Made by a program: the position numbers and the translations under genes | Part shown: positions 1-8,809 of the stretch, piece after piece | How positions within the stretch are numbered: the first letter of the stretch is position 1 | Layout of the letters: every line of letters begins with the position of its first letter | Assembly: GCA_018061745.1 (NCBI GenBank) | Contig: JAGOTN010000002.1 | Location: 1 to 43,681, forward strand | From: Minisyncoccota bacterium | GTDB taxonomy: Bacteria; Patescibacteriota; Minisyncoccia; Phycocordibacterales; JAACPR01 | Direction of reading: 5' to 3' | DNA length: 43,681 nucleotides | Notes under the pieces: generated by a model | Database searches by the model: none | What the model was told of the DNA's origin: nothing | Seen by the model: the letters and a program-made list of their open reading frames with translations, nothing else

Positions 1-110
1 CATCGAGATCTTTTTTTTGTTTTTCCAGGCGCTCAAATTCAGACACAAAAAATTGAGTCTTCGGGCTTTCCTTATATTTTGTTAAATCAATTTCTTCCAT
101 GTTTCTTATT
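1..110 (-). CDS. N-terminal fragment of an ORF running off the left edge (MEEIDLTKYKESPKTQFFVSEFERLEKQKKDLD...); product not assignable from 33 residues
   Basis: ATG at 110-108 on the minus strand, frame open to position 1 (own translation). Absent from the ORF track because it is truncated. Confidence 0.3.
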
Positions 111-187
111 TTATCAGAGTTACGCAATTTAATTCACGAGTTGATTTTGATTAAATAACGAGTTGCTTATTTGAAGTATGTATATTC

Positions 188-283
188 AAAAAGACGAAAC
201 TACTGTGAGTGTGCATCCGCAGGTTTTATATAACGAAGTTATATAAACCGAGGACCGCACACGAAGAGTAGTTTCGTCTTTTT
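188..283 (-). terminator. Long imperfect hairpin (about 38 bp paired over 96 nt) starting 7 nt after the rpmE stop; terminator-like but unusually large
   Basis: AAAAAGACGAAACTACT 188-204 pairs with AGTAGTTTCGTCTTTTT 267-283. GTGTGC 209-214 pairs with GCACAC 257-262. GGTTTTATATAAC 222-234 pairs with GTTATATAAACC 238-249 (one bulged T, GAA loop). T/A runs flank both arms. Confidence 0.45.
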
Positions 284-289
284 AAAAAT

Positions 290-499
290 TTATTTTTTAG
301 CAGCAGCTCTTTTTTTATTGAATTTATCAACTCGTCCAGCTGAATCCAAAATCTTCTCTGTTCCAGTATAAAAAGGATGACAAGAACTACAAATTTCTAC
401 ATCAAGTTTTTCTTTAGTAGAAGGAATACTAAATGTAGCGCCACAAGCACATTTGGCGTTTGAATCTTCGAAAACTTTTGGGTGAATATCTTTTTTCAT
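290..499 (-). CDS. rpmE: 50S ribosomal protein L31 (Zn-ribbon type)
   Basis: MKKDIHPK start, CxC...CxxCHPFYTG motif, 69 aa. Confidence 0.95.
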   Translation of the reverse strand: MKKDIHPKVFEDSNAKCACGATFSIPSTKEKLDVEICSSCHPFYTGTEKILDSAGRVDKFNKKRAAAKK

Positions 500-529
500 A
501 GTCGATAAAATATAGCTAATTTATTGATT

Positions 530-1975
530 TTAGTCAACATCAGACAAGAAATCGATTTGTTCTTGGAATCCTGAAGCATGAGAAAGCACTGATGTACCGT
601 AACTTTGTCCTGGTCCACTAGCATAATTATTTCCAGCATAATACTTTGCCGCAGCTGTGTGTTCTGCTGTATAACCCCCATTTGCAGCCCCTAAATCTCT
701 TAAATAAAGCGCTGTAGCTGTGAAAGCGTGTTCTGGGTTCCAAGGGTTTGGTGTTGAAATTCCAAGAGCTGAAGCGATTTTACCCTCATAAGATTTCCAA
801 GTTGTTGGAATAAACTGTGAAGGACCCATTGCTCCTCCCCAACCTCCAACAGAAGCGATTGGACATGAAAGTGGTGTCGTATTGTAATCCAATCCTAATT
901 TAGTTGTAATATCTTTAAAAGTACTTTGATCGTCTCTCCAAGAGCAAGGTGAGGCTGCTCCTGTACATGAATTACCATTTGCAACATAGTTAGCATAATG
1001 AAGTGGACCAGGCATAATTGAAGTGTATTTTTTAGTATCAGGATCTCCTGCTCGGTTACATGTACCAACATTATTTCCTAAATCAGATTCTTGTTTTAAA
1101 ATTGCCAAAATCAAAGCAGGACGAACACCTGTCGCCTTTCCTGCTGTCTGTGCGTATTTCACAGCATCTCCAAAAGAAATACCTGCGGTATCACGCAATC
1201 GGAAAAGTGCAGTTCTTATTTGTGTAGCCCTCGCTCTCTTTTCAGCGAGATAAGATTCTAAAGTTGCCTCTGCTTTTTTCGAATAAGACAATAAATTAGA
1301 TTGATCTTTTTCTTTTGCTTGAACAGTCTTTTTTTGAGACTCAATCTCAGCTTTAACATCTTGTTCTTCGGCTTTTCTTCTTTCTAATTTTGCTTTCTCT
1401 TCTTCGGTTAATCCTCTAATATCACGAATTTCAGTAAACAATTTCTCTAAAGAAGATTGCAAAATATTATACGAATCCATTGTTACAAAAAATTCTGAGA
1501 AATCATTTTGAGATAATATAATTTCCACAAGCGAAGTGTCGTCCAATTCATTTTTTCTTTTTATAAGTTGAGACAAACCTTCTTTTCCTCTTTCTAACTT
1601 TGCATTTAATTGTTTAACTGTTTGATCTCGTAAATTAATATCTCCACTCAATTGTTTAATTTCAATATTTTTTTTATCAATAGATAACTGAGTCTTTTTT
1701 ATTTGAGTTGTTAATTGTGATAACTCAGTTTGAATTGAAGCCGACTGAGCTTTCTGCTGTTGAACAGAACCTTCTAATTGCTTTTCTTCTTCACTAATAC
1801 GAGCATATTCATCACAAAGAGCTTTCGTGTCATTGTCTTCAGGATTTTTACAAACCTCTTCTACAGATTGAGCAAAAAGTAATCTAGCAGCAAAAAAAAG
1901 AAAAACTAAAACTAAAACAAAGAAAACAATGTAACCAATAAAAAATTTTACAAAGTGAACCGACTTTTTACTCAT
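530..1975 (-). CDS. Membrane-anchored coiled-coil protein with a C-terminal lytic murein transglycosylase (MltB/SLT_2-like) domain
   Basis: N-terminal TM helix, ~230 aa of heptad-like Q/K/E-rich sequence, then ALILAILKQESDLG (catalytic E-S) and GAMGPSQFIPTTW motifs. Confidence 0.7.
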   Translation of the reverse strand: MSKKSVHFVKFFIGYIVFFVLVLVFLFFAARLLFAQSVEEVCKNPEDNDTKALCDEYARISEEEKQLEGSVQQQKAQSASIQTELSQLTTQIKKTQLSIDKKNIEIKQLSGDINLRDQTVKQLNAKLERGKEGLSQLIKRKNELDDTSLVEIILSQNDFSEFFVTMDSYNILQSSLEKLFTEIRDIRGLTEEEKAKLERRKAEEQDVKAEIESQKKTVQAKEKDQSNLLSYSKKAEATLESYLAEKRARATQIRTALFRLRDTAGISFGDAVKYAQTAGKATGVRPALILAILKQESDLGNNVGTCNRAGDPDTKKYTSIMPGPLHYANYVANGNSCTGAASPCSWRDDQSTFKDITTKLGLDYNTTPLSCPIASVGGWGGAMGPSQFIPTTWKSYEGKIASALGISTPNPWNPEHAFTATALYLRDLGAANGGYTAEHTAAAKYYAGNNYASGPGQSYGTSVLSHASGFQEQIDFLSDVD

Positions 1976-2005
1976 AGGTAAACTATTATACCTAAAAATT
2001 CGAGA

Positions 2006-2638
2006 CTATGCTTCCTCTTTTTCAGAATCAGCTTTCTTTAGTTCACTCTCTGTCTTAACAGCAGTTGGATCGAATTCTACAGCAGGTTCCTCTTCTTCTC
2101 CTCTTTGAGCTTGAACAAGAATAACAACCTCTTCTGGATTTGTTAGAAGTGTAACTCCTGTTGGCATCACAAGGTCTCCAACATTGATTTGAGATTCCAT
2201 ATCTACTAGAGACTCAATTGAAACTTCAATTTCGTGAGGAAGGTCTTTTGGCATAGCTTCAATTTCAATTTCATGAAGAACTTTAACAAGAATACCTCCG
2301 GCTTTTTCTGCTGGTGATTCACCAACGAATTCCAAAGGAACATTAACAGACACTTTTTTACCTTTTTCAATAGCATAGAAATCAGCGTGTAGAACATCTC
2401 CTCTAATAGCTTCTTTTACAACGTCTTGGATAAGAACTTCGTGATCTTCTCCATCTATAGAAAGATTAAGAACTGTTGATTCTCCAGCTTCTTTAAGAGC
2501 TCTCAAGAAAGCCACAGTGTTGATTTTAATAGAAATGGCTTCTTGTTTTGGACCATAAACAACAGCAGGAATAGAACCGCTTTTTCTAAGCGCTTTTGAG
2601 TTTTCTTTTGAGTCTCTTTTATTTGCTTCTAAAATCAT
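2006..2638 (-). CDS. rplY: 50S ribosomal protein L25 / general stress protein Ctc
   Basis: N-terminal LRKSGSIPAVVYG motif, two-domain length (210 aa), acidic C-terminal tail. Confidence 0.9.
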   Translation of the reverse strand: MILEANKRDSKENSKALRKSGSIPAVVYGPKQEAISIKINTVAFLRALKEAGESTVLNLSIDGEDHEVLIQDVVKEAIRGDVLHADFYAIEKGKKVSVNVPLEFVGESPAEKAGGILVKVLHEIEIEAMPKDLPHEIEVSIESLVDMESQINVGDLVMPTGVTLLTNPEEVVILVQAQRGEEEEPAVEFDPTAVKTESELKKADSEKEEA

Positions 2639-2698
2639 ATTAGTGGGCTTGATTATACACAGGGATTAAAAATTGGCAATATTTAAATTTTGAAAAGT

Positions 2699-4354
2699 CT
2701 ACTTTCCCACAATGTGGTTTTTTAAGTATTCCAAAGTCCCTCCAACCTTCTTTCCAGGGTTAAAAATGTTATTGGGATCAAAAATATTCTTTGTTTGTTG
2801 GAAGATTTTATACATTTCATCCCCAAACATTTGTCGCACATACGGTGTTCGAATAATTCCATCATTATGTTCCGCTGTAATAGTACCTCCATATTCAAGA
2901 ACTAATTTGTAAACTTCATCTGATACAAATGGAATTTTTTCTCTTTCAAGCGGATCTTTAAGATTCATTAGAGGAATTATGTGTAAGTTTCCTTCTCCTG
3001 CATGACCTACAATGTTCACGGCGATTTTATGTTTTTTCAGAATTTTAATAATTTTTGGCAGGAATTGTGGAAGTTTTTCAGGAAGAACACAAACATCATC
3101 TATAAAAGGAGCAGTTTGTTTGTCTTTTACTTTTTCACGGAGAAGATTGAAACTCTCTCGACGCATAGTCCAATACTTTTCGGCTTCCTCAATATCTGCA
3201 ATCACACGATAATGCAAAGCTTGACCTTTCAACGCTTCTATAACTGCCTCAACTTTTTTATCTGCTTCTTTTTCTGTAGATTCTGCAATTTCAACTAAAA
3301 CAATTAATTTTGGAAGTCCTCCTAATTTTAGACCGATGATAAATTCTGGCCAAAATTTGAATAAAAATTTGATGAGATTTGTATTTGATTTTTTCGCAAT
3401 TTCCGGCATGAAACGAATTCCCAACTTCAAAGTTGTATCATCAAAAGTTTCCATACTTTGCGCGCCGATAGGTAATAATTTATTTACAGCACTCGGCAAA
3501 TCATCCCAACTTTTCAGAAAAAGTGTCACAAGTCTTTTGTGTTCTTTCAATTCCATTACTCGTATTTCTGCAGATGTCATCAATCCAAGTGTTCCTTGTG
3601 ATCCTGTAAAAAGTTGAGCTAAATCAAATGTTCCAGCTTCTTTATCATAAACATCCCAAAGTGCATATCCCGAACTATTTTTTACAGTTTTTGGTTTCGC
3701 TGATTTTATTAAATCGTAATTTTTATCTATCAATTCAAAAATTTGTCTATAGATTTGACCTTCAAAATCTTGTTGGTTCATTTTATATTCTAATTCTGTC
3801 ATTGAAAGTTTTTTGAAAGTATATTCGCGACCATTTACCAAAACAGCATCGATTTTTTCAACAAAATTTCTCATCTGCCCATAACGCAAACTATTTTCAC
3901 TACCACAATTATTCATAATCATTCCACCAAGAGCAGCTAAGCCTTTTGAAGCAGGATAAACAGGCATTGAAACATGTTCTGGTAAAGTAATTTTTTCGAA
4001 GTCACGATAATAAACTCCAGGTTCAACAATAGCTCTCAATGTTTCTAGATCAACTTCTTGATGTGTGAAATGTTTTGTAAAATCTAAAACTATTCCCTCA
4101 CCTATCGCGCCACCAGACATATCTGTTCCTGCTGATCGTGCTGTGATTGAAAGATTTGGAAATTCTTTTTTGTTTTGAAGAGTAAAATTAACAATTTTTT
4201 CTAAATCTTTTTCATTTTTCGGAAACACAACAACTTGTGGTCGCACTTTAAAAAGACTTGCGTCACGGCTATATTTTTCCAAAGTTTCAGAATCAACAAG
4301 AACTTCACCTTGAATAATTTCTTTTAATCTTTCAGCTAAAATTTTTGATGACAT
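2699..4354 (-). CDS. FAD-linked oxidase / GlcD-type (D-lactate/glycolate) dehydrogenase family protein
   Basis: FAD-binding PCMH-type N-terminal region (ARSAGTDMSGGAIG) and a C-terminal FAD-oxidase_C-like region (GGTITAEHNDG). Confidence 0.8.
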   Translation of the reverse strand: MSSKILAERLKEIIQGEVLVDSETLEKYSRDASLFKVRPQVVVFPKNEKDLEKIVNFTLQNKKEFPNLSITARSAGTDMSGGAIGEGIVLDFTKHFTHQEVDLETLRAIVEPGVYYRDFEKITLPEHVSMPVYPASKGLAALGGMIMNNCGSENSLRYGQMRNFVEKIDAVLVNGREYTFKKLSMTELEYKMNQQDFEGQIYRQIFELIDKNYDLIKSAKPKTVKNSSGYALWDVYDKEAGTFDLAQLFTGSQGTLGLMTSAEIRVMELKEHKRLVTLFLKSWDDLPSAVNKLLPIGAQSMETFDDTTLKLGIRFMPEIAKKSNTNLIKFLFKFWPEFIIGLKLGGLPKLIVLVEIAESTEKEADKKVEAVIEALKGQALHYRVIADIEEAEKYWTMRRESFNLLREKVKDKQTAPFIDDVCVLPEKLPQFLPKIIKILKKHKIAVNIVGHAGEGNLHIIPLMNLKDPLEREKIPFVSDEVYKLVLEYGGTITAEHNDGIIRTPYVRQMFGDEMYKIFQQTKNIFDPNNIFNPGKKVGGTLEYLKNHIVGK

Positions 4355-4355
4355 T

Positions 4356-5222
4356 TTAATCTAAAAAATTAAATAATTTCAAACGATTAAAAACAACTTC
4401 TTTAATTGCATCTACAGTTGGTTTCATTATTTTATATGGAGCAATTTCTTTTTTATTTTCTTTAAGAGATTTTTTTAGAGCCTCAACGAAAGCTACTCTA
4501 ATTTCAGTATTGATATGTATAGTTGAAATACCTGCTTTGATTGCATTTTCAAAATCCTCATCAGCGATCCCTGAACCTCCGTGCAAAACAAGTGGCACAC
4601 CACAAGCTTTTCTAATTTCAGAAATCCTTTCAATATCTAATTTTGGGTTTCCACCCTTAACCATTCCGTGAATATTTCCAACCGCTGGCGCAAGCAAATC
4701 AACTCCAGTTTCTTTTACAAAATTTTTAGCTTGTTCTGGAGTGGTTAAGAATTTCTCATTAGTCGAAACACCTTCTGGAATTTTATCTAAAAGTTTTGAA
4801 GACTGACCAATATTTCCAAGCTCAGCTTCAACTAAAACATCTCTACCAGAAGCTCGTGCATATCGAACACATTCTCTTGTTGAAATAATATTTTCCTCAG
4901 GTGAAAGTTTTACTCCATCAAAAATTACCGCATCAAATCCAGCATCAATTGCTTTTTTAACTCCTTCAACTGTATAAGTGTGATCTGCATTTAAAAATAC
5001 TGGTTGATTGTATTTTTCGCGATATGCGTGGACTAGCGCCGCCGCCTCGGATATGCCGACAAACTCCCTTTCACCCTCTGAGACTCCTATAATTATCGGC
5101 AGTTTCAATTCTCTCGCGGCGGCGCAAACTCCATGCAAAGCCTCTAAATTTGAAATATTAAAATGTCCAATCGCAATCCCTTTTCTTTCTGCATCAGCAA
5201 TATAATCACGCAATTTATTCAT
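4356..5222 (-). CDS. fba: Class II fructose-bisphosphate (ketose-bisphosphate) aldolase
   Basis: GHFNISNLE, NADH(T) and LVLHGGSG motifs, 288 aa. Confidence 0.9.
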   Translation of the reverse strand: MNKLRDYIADAERKGIAIGHFNISNLEALHGVCAAARELKLPIIIGVSEGEREFVGISEAAALVHAYREKYNQPVFLNADHTYTVEGVKKAIDAGFDAVIFDGVKLSPEENIISTRECVRYARASGRDVLVEAELGNIGQSSKLLDKIPEGVSTNEKFLTTPEQAKNFVKETGVDLLAPAVGNIHGMVKGGNPKLDIERISEIRKACGVPLVLHGGSGIADEDFENAIKAGISTIHINTEIRVAFVEALKKSLKENKKEIAPYKIMKPTVDAIKEVVFNRLKLFNFLD

Positions 5223-5266
5223 AAAAATATTTTAACATAATAAATAAAATAAAATTTCAAAAAGTT

Positions 5267-5275
5267 TGTTATAAT
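5267..5275 (+). promoter_or_regulatory. Extended -10 box TGTTATAAT ending 7 nt before the pfkB-family ATG (possible leaderless transcript)
   Basis: TG at 5267-5268, TATAAT at 5270-5275, ATG at 5282, no Shine-Dalgarno in between. Confidence 0.25.
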
Positions 5276-5281
5276 TTTTTC

Positions 5282-6283
5282 ATGAATAATGAAAACAGAA
5301 TCGATTTTTTAGCAATTGGAGATATTGTCACTGATGCTTTTATAGAATTAGAAGATGCATGGATAGAAACAGACAACCCTGAAAAAAATAAAGAGCTTTG
5401 TATGAAATTTGGAGACAAACTTCCATATAAAAATGTAGATATCATTGCAGCTGTTGGAAATAGTCCAAATGCCGCAGTATGCGCACACAGACTTGGTTTA
5501 AAAACAGCACTCCTAACTGATGTTGGTGATGATTTTTTTGGAAATGAACAAATTCAAACTTTAAAATCAAATGGTATCGAGACAAAATTTGTAACACAAC
5601 ACAAAAACCTAGCTTCAAATTATCATTATGTTTTAAGATTCGGTCCAGAGAGAACAATCCTAGTTAAGCACACAGAATTTCCTTACAAATTTCCTAAAAT
5701 TGAACCAGCACCAAGATTTATTTATCTTTCTTCGCTCGGAGAAAACTCCCTTCCATATCACGGTGAAATTGCTCGCTATCTAAAAGAACACCCAGAAACA
5801 AAATTAGCTTTCCAACCTGGAACATTTCAAATGAAATTAGGCAAAGAAACATTGAAAGATTTATATTCACTTTCTTATTTATTTTTCTGCAACAAAGAAG
5901 AAGCGCAGAAAATTTTAGATACAAAGGAATCTGATATAAAAAATCTTTTAAAGATGATGAAAGACATTGGTCCAAAAATCGTAATAATCACTGATGGACC
6001 AAATGGTTCTTATGTTTACGATGGTACTGAATATTGGTTTATTGCAATGTATCCAGATCCATCTCCACCAGTAGACAGAACAGGTGCGGGAGATTCTTTC
6101 TCAAGTACTTTTACATCCGCTATTGCATTAGGAAAGAAAATTCCAGAAGCGCTTTCTTGGGGTCCAATCAATTCAATGTCTGTTGTTCAGTATGTTGGAG
6201 CTCAAAAAGGCCTTCTACACAAAGATAAATTAGAACTGCTTCTACACAACGCTCCAGAAAGTTTTGCACCACAAAAAATTTAA
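5282..6283 (+). CDS. PfkB-family carbohydrate kinase (ribokinase/phosphofructokinase-B superfamily)
   Basis: DRTGAGDSFSSTF anion-hole/ATP motif near the C-terminus, 333 aa. Confidence 0.85.
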   Translation: MNNENRIDFLAIGDIVTDAFIELEDAWIETDNPEKNKELCMKFGDKLPYKNVDIIAAVGNSPNAAVCAHRLGLKTALLTDVGDDFFGNEQIQTLKSNGIETKFVTQHKNLASNYHYVLRFGPERTILVKHTEFPYKFPKIEPAPRFIYLSSLGENSLPYHGEIARYLKEHPETKLAFQPGTFQMKLGKETLKDLYSLSYLFFCNKEEAQKILDTKESDIKNLLKMMKDIGPKIVIITDGPNGSYVYDGTEYWFIAMYPDPSPPVDRTGAGDSFSSTFTSAIALGKKIPEALSWGPINSMSVVQYVGAQKGLLHKDKLELLLHNAPESFAPQKI

Positions 6284-6324
6284 AAGCTTTTTTAAAAAAG
6301 CTAGAGAGGATATACTATTGTTAT

Positions 6325-6642
6325 ATGACAAACGAAGATATTCAATTTGACGAAGAATATGGTGACTCAAAATTCCATATCCGTTCAAGAAAATTACTAG
6401 GAGAACCAACAACTCCTGCAATGGTCAATTTTTTATTGAGTAAAAAAATTGCAAAAAATGAAAAGCAAGCATTGATAATTTTAGGTTGTGTTATTGCTGT
6501 TTTTTTAAGTTTAAGTATTTATATTATTGATAAATCAATAAACAAAGATGAAGAATTAATTATAATAAACAAATATGGTCAACAGATTCCTTTCGATGAT
6601 TACGTTGAAATGATAAATAAAGGAGTTGAACCAATAAGATAA
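6325..6642 (+). CDS. Small single-pass membrane protein, function unknown
   Basis: One central hydrophobic helix (ALIILGCVIAVFLSLSIYII). Its stop is 1 nt before the pilin start. Confidence 0.5.
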   Translation: MTNEDIQFDEEYGDSKFHIRSRKLLGEPTTPAMVNFLLSKKIAKNEKQALIILGCVIAVFLSLSIYIIDKSINKDEELIIINKYGQQIPFDDYVEMINKGVEPIR

Positions 6643-6643
6643 T

Positions 6644-7177
6644 ATGCAAAAAATAAACACAAAAAAAGGTTTTACTTTAATCGAGCTAATGGTAGTGGTT
6701 TCTATTATTGCATTACTGTCGGCTATTGTTGTCGCAGGATTAACTGACGCAAAAGGTGGCGCAAAAAATAGTAAAAGAAATGAATTAGCAAGACAATATG
6801 TAATAGCTCTTGGTTTATATTTTGGAGAACACGGAAATTATCCTGGAGACAGTACAGACATGGTTTGTTTAGGAACTGGTTACCCAGGTAATTCTTGTTA
6901 CATCTTAGGCTCACACAATCAAAACGTTAATATAAACAATGCAATTTCTGAATTCGCTCCTGGCACACCACCAAGTCTAGATAAAACAGTTTCTGGTGGT
7001 AATGAATTTTTTGGAATTGAATACAACTGTACAGATACTAGTTGTGAAAATTACGAAATGAGATGGATTGTAGAAGGTAACGGAAATGCAGCAAATTGTT
7101 TTGGAGGTGCAACTAAAACTTTCATAAACTTAAGTCAAACACTTGCAACTTGTACATTTGCAACAGAAGAAATCTAA
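6644..7177 (+). CDS. Type IV pilin / pseudopilin with prepilin-type N-terminal cleavage-methylation signal
   Basis: KKG|FTLIELMVVVSIIALLSAIVVAG class III signal with Glu+5, Cys-rich globular domain. Confidence 0.85.
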   Translation: MQKINTKKGFTLIELMVVVSIIALLSAIVVAGLTDAKGGAKNSKRNELARQYVIALGLYFGEHGNYPGDSTDMVCLGTGYPGNSCYILGSHNQNVNINNAISEFAPGTPPSLDKTVSGGNEFFGIEYNCTDTSCENYEMRWIVEGNGNAANCFGGATKTFINLSQTLATCTFATEEI

Positions 7178-7803
7178 ATAGAAGTAACTAATCTAATAGT
7201 AATAGTTTGAAGATTATCTTTTTTATTAAAAGAAATTTTGTTTTTGGATTTTTTTATAAATAATTCCGCCAATTCATACCCAGGTGTTTCCGAGATTTTT
7301 GTTTGATTTTTTTGATCAAATACAACTTTAAATATTATCAAAATATCTCCTCCTTCTTTTTTTATAAAAACATCAATATTCCCTTTCTCTAGAGACAGTA
7401 ATATTTCTTGAGTCAGACTAGATAAAGCGTGAATAAAAAACTTTTTATTTGTTATTACATTGCTGGTACTTTGCCCAGATAAAGTAAAGTTTATCTTTCT
7501 TGTTTTTGCCAAACGAATAAATTTACCCAAAGCATCATAAGTTGTGGTAGTCACAGGCATTGATTCTAATTTTACTTTTTGTTTTTTATTTTCAATTTCA
7601 AAAGCAAGCAATAAAGATTGCACCGTTGTCATAATTCTTTCTGCAGATCTTTCAATTTTATTAATATTTTGAATATCTGTGTTTTGCAAAGAAGAGGAAT
7701 TTTTTAATATTGCAGAATATCCTTGAATAAAAGTTACTGGAGTTAAAATTTCTTTTTCCAATTTATTTAAAAGTTCTATTTCTTTTTTATTTTTTCTAAT
7801 CAT
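7174..7803 (-). CDS. Degenerate histidine-kinase-like protein (DHp + HATPase-like fold suspected; phospho-acceptor His absent)
   Basis: EKEILTPVTFIQGYSAIL aligns by eye to the H-box sHELRTPLtsIxGY with Lys at the His position. No N/G1/G2 boxes recognisable and only one His in the 209 aa. Confidence 0.45.
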   Translation of the reverse strand: MIRKNKKEIELLNKLEKEILTPVTFIQGYSAILKNSSSLQNTDIQNINKIERSAERIMTTVQSLLLAFEIENKKQKVKLESMPVTTTTYDALGKFIRLAKTRKINFTLSGQSTSNVITNKKFFIHALSSLTQEILLSLEKGNIDVFIKKEGGDILIIFKVVFDQKNQTKISETPGYELAELFIKKSKNKISFNKKDNLQTITIRLVTSI

Positions 7804-8797
7804 GTTTCCTTCTTAAAATATTATGTATTGCATTATATATATCTTTTTCACCCATACCATAATGTTCTATAAGCTGTTGTGGTTTTCCTGATTGTCCAAA
7901 AACATCATTTACTCCAATAAATTCCATTGGCACTGGGAAAGTTTGTGATAAAAATTCTGAGACAGCACTTCCCATTCCTCCCGCAATTTGATGTTCTTCA
8001 ACAGTTACAACAGCCCCGGTTTCTTTTGCAACTTCTAAAATAGTTTTTTTATCCAGCGGTTTTATTGTTGAAAGATTTACAACAATCACACCAATTCCTT
8101 CTTCTTCGCATTTTTTAGCAACTTTTAAAGCGTTGAAAACTAAAGCTCCTGTGGCAATTATTGCAACTTCATTTTTCACTTTTGATGATGAAAATAGTTT
8201 ATTAGCTTTACCAATTTCAAAAGGAGTTTCCTCTGTTGTTATTAAAGGAGTAGCTTCACGAGCAAGACGAATATAAGTTGGCTTTCCATTTTCTACACAA
8301 GCTAGCGTAGCTTTTTTTGCTTCAATAGAATCACAAGGAGAGATAACAACCATGTTTGGAATAATACGCATCAGAGCAATGTCTTCTATCGCTTGATGAG
8401 TTCCGCCGTCTGGTCCAACAGAAATACCGGCATGTGATCCAATAATTTTTACAGGCACATCGTTATAACAAATAGTTGTCCTGATTTGTTCCCAATTTCT
8501 TCCAGGACTAAACATTGCATAACTCGAAATAAAAGGAATTTTTCCCATCGCAGCCATTCCAGAACCAACTGACGCTAGATTTTGTTCAGCTACACCAATT
8601 TCTAAAAATCTTTTTGGAAACTCTTTTGCAAAATCTTCCATTTTTGTTGATTCAAGAAGATCAGCACACAAACCAACTATGTTTGGATTTTTTCTTCCCG
8701 CTTCAACTAAACCCAAACCAAAACCAACTCGAATAGCCACTGATTCATTTTTTTCATCAAAAATATCTTTTCTTAATTTTTGCTCTGGAATTAACAT
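7796..8797 (-). CDS. tkt: Transketolase, C-terminal (pyrimidine-binding + C-terminal domain) subunit of a split enzyme
   Basis: GVAEQNLASVGSGMAAMG and HAGISVGPDGGTHQAIEDIA motifs, 333 aa. Confidence 0.9.
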   Translation of the reverse strand: MLIPEQKLRKDIFDEKNESVAIRVGFGLGLVEAGRKNPNIVGLCADLLESTKMEDFAKEFPKRFLEIGVAEQNLASVGSGMAAMGKIPFISSYAMFSPGRNWEQIRTTICYNDVPVKIIGSHAGISVGPDGGTHQAIEDIALMRIIPNMVVISPCDSIEAKKATLACVENGKPTYIRLAREATPLITTEETPFEIGKANKLFSSSKVKNEVAIIATGALVFNALKVAKKCEEEGIGVIVVNLSTIKPLDKKTILEVAKETGAVVTVEEHQIAGGMGSAVSEFLSQTFPVPMEFIGVNDVFGQSGKPQQLIEHYGMGEKDIYNAIHNILRRKHD

Positions 8798-8809
8798 AAT
8801 TATTTCATT

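Noticed and set aside
3002-3816. Several 62-98-aa plus-strand ORFs, with similar ones inside fba, tkt, gatB, pilC, pilT, recG and ftsH
   Set aside because: All are antisense to long genes with clear family motifs. This is expected in A+T-rich DNA with few stop codons on the complementary frame.
6284-6303. Palindrome AGCTTTTTTAAAAAAGCT after the PfkB gene as a terminator
   Set aside because: It is an almost loop-less A/T stem with no downstream T-run, so the support is weak.
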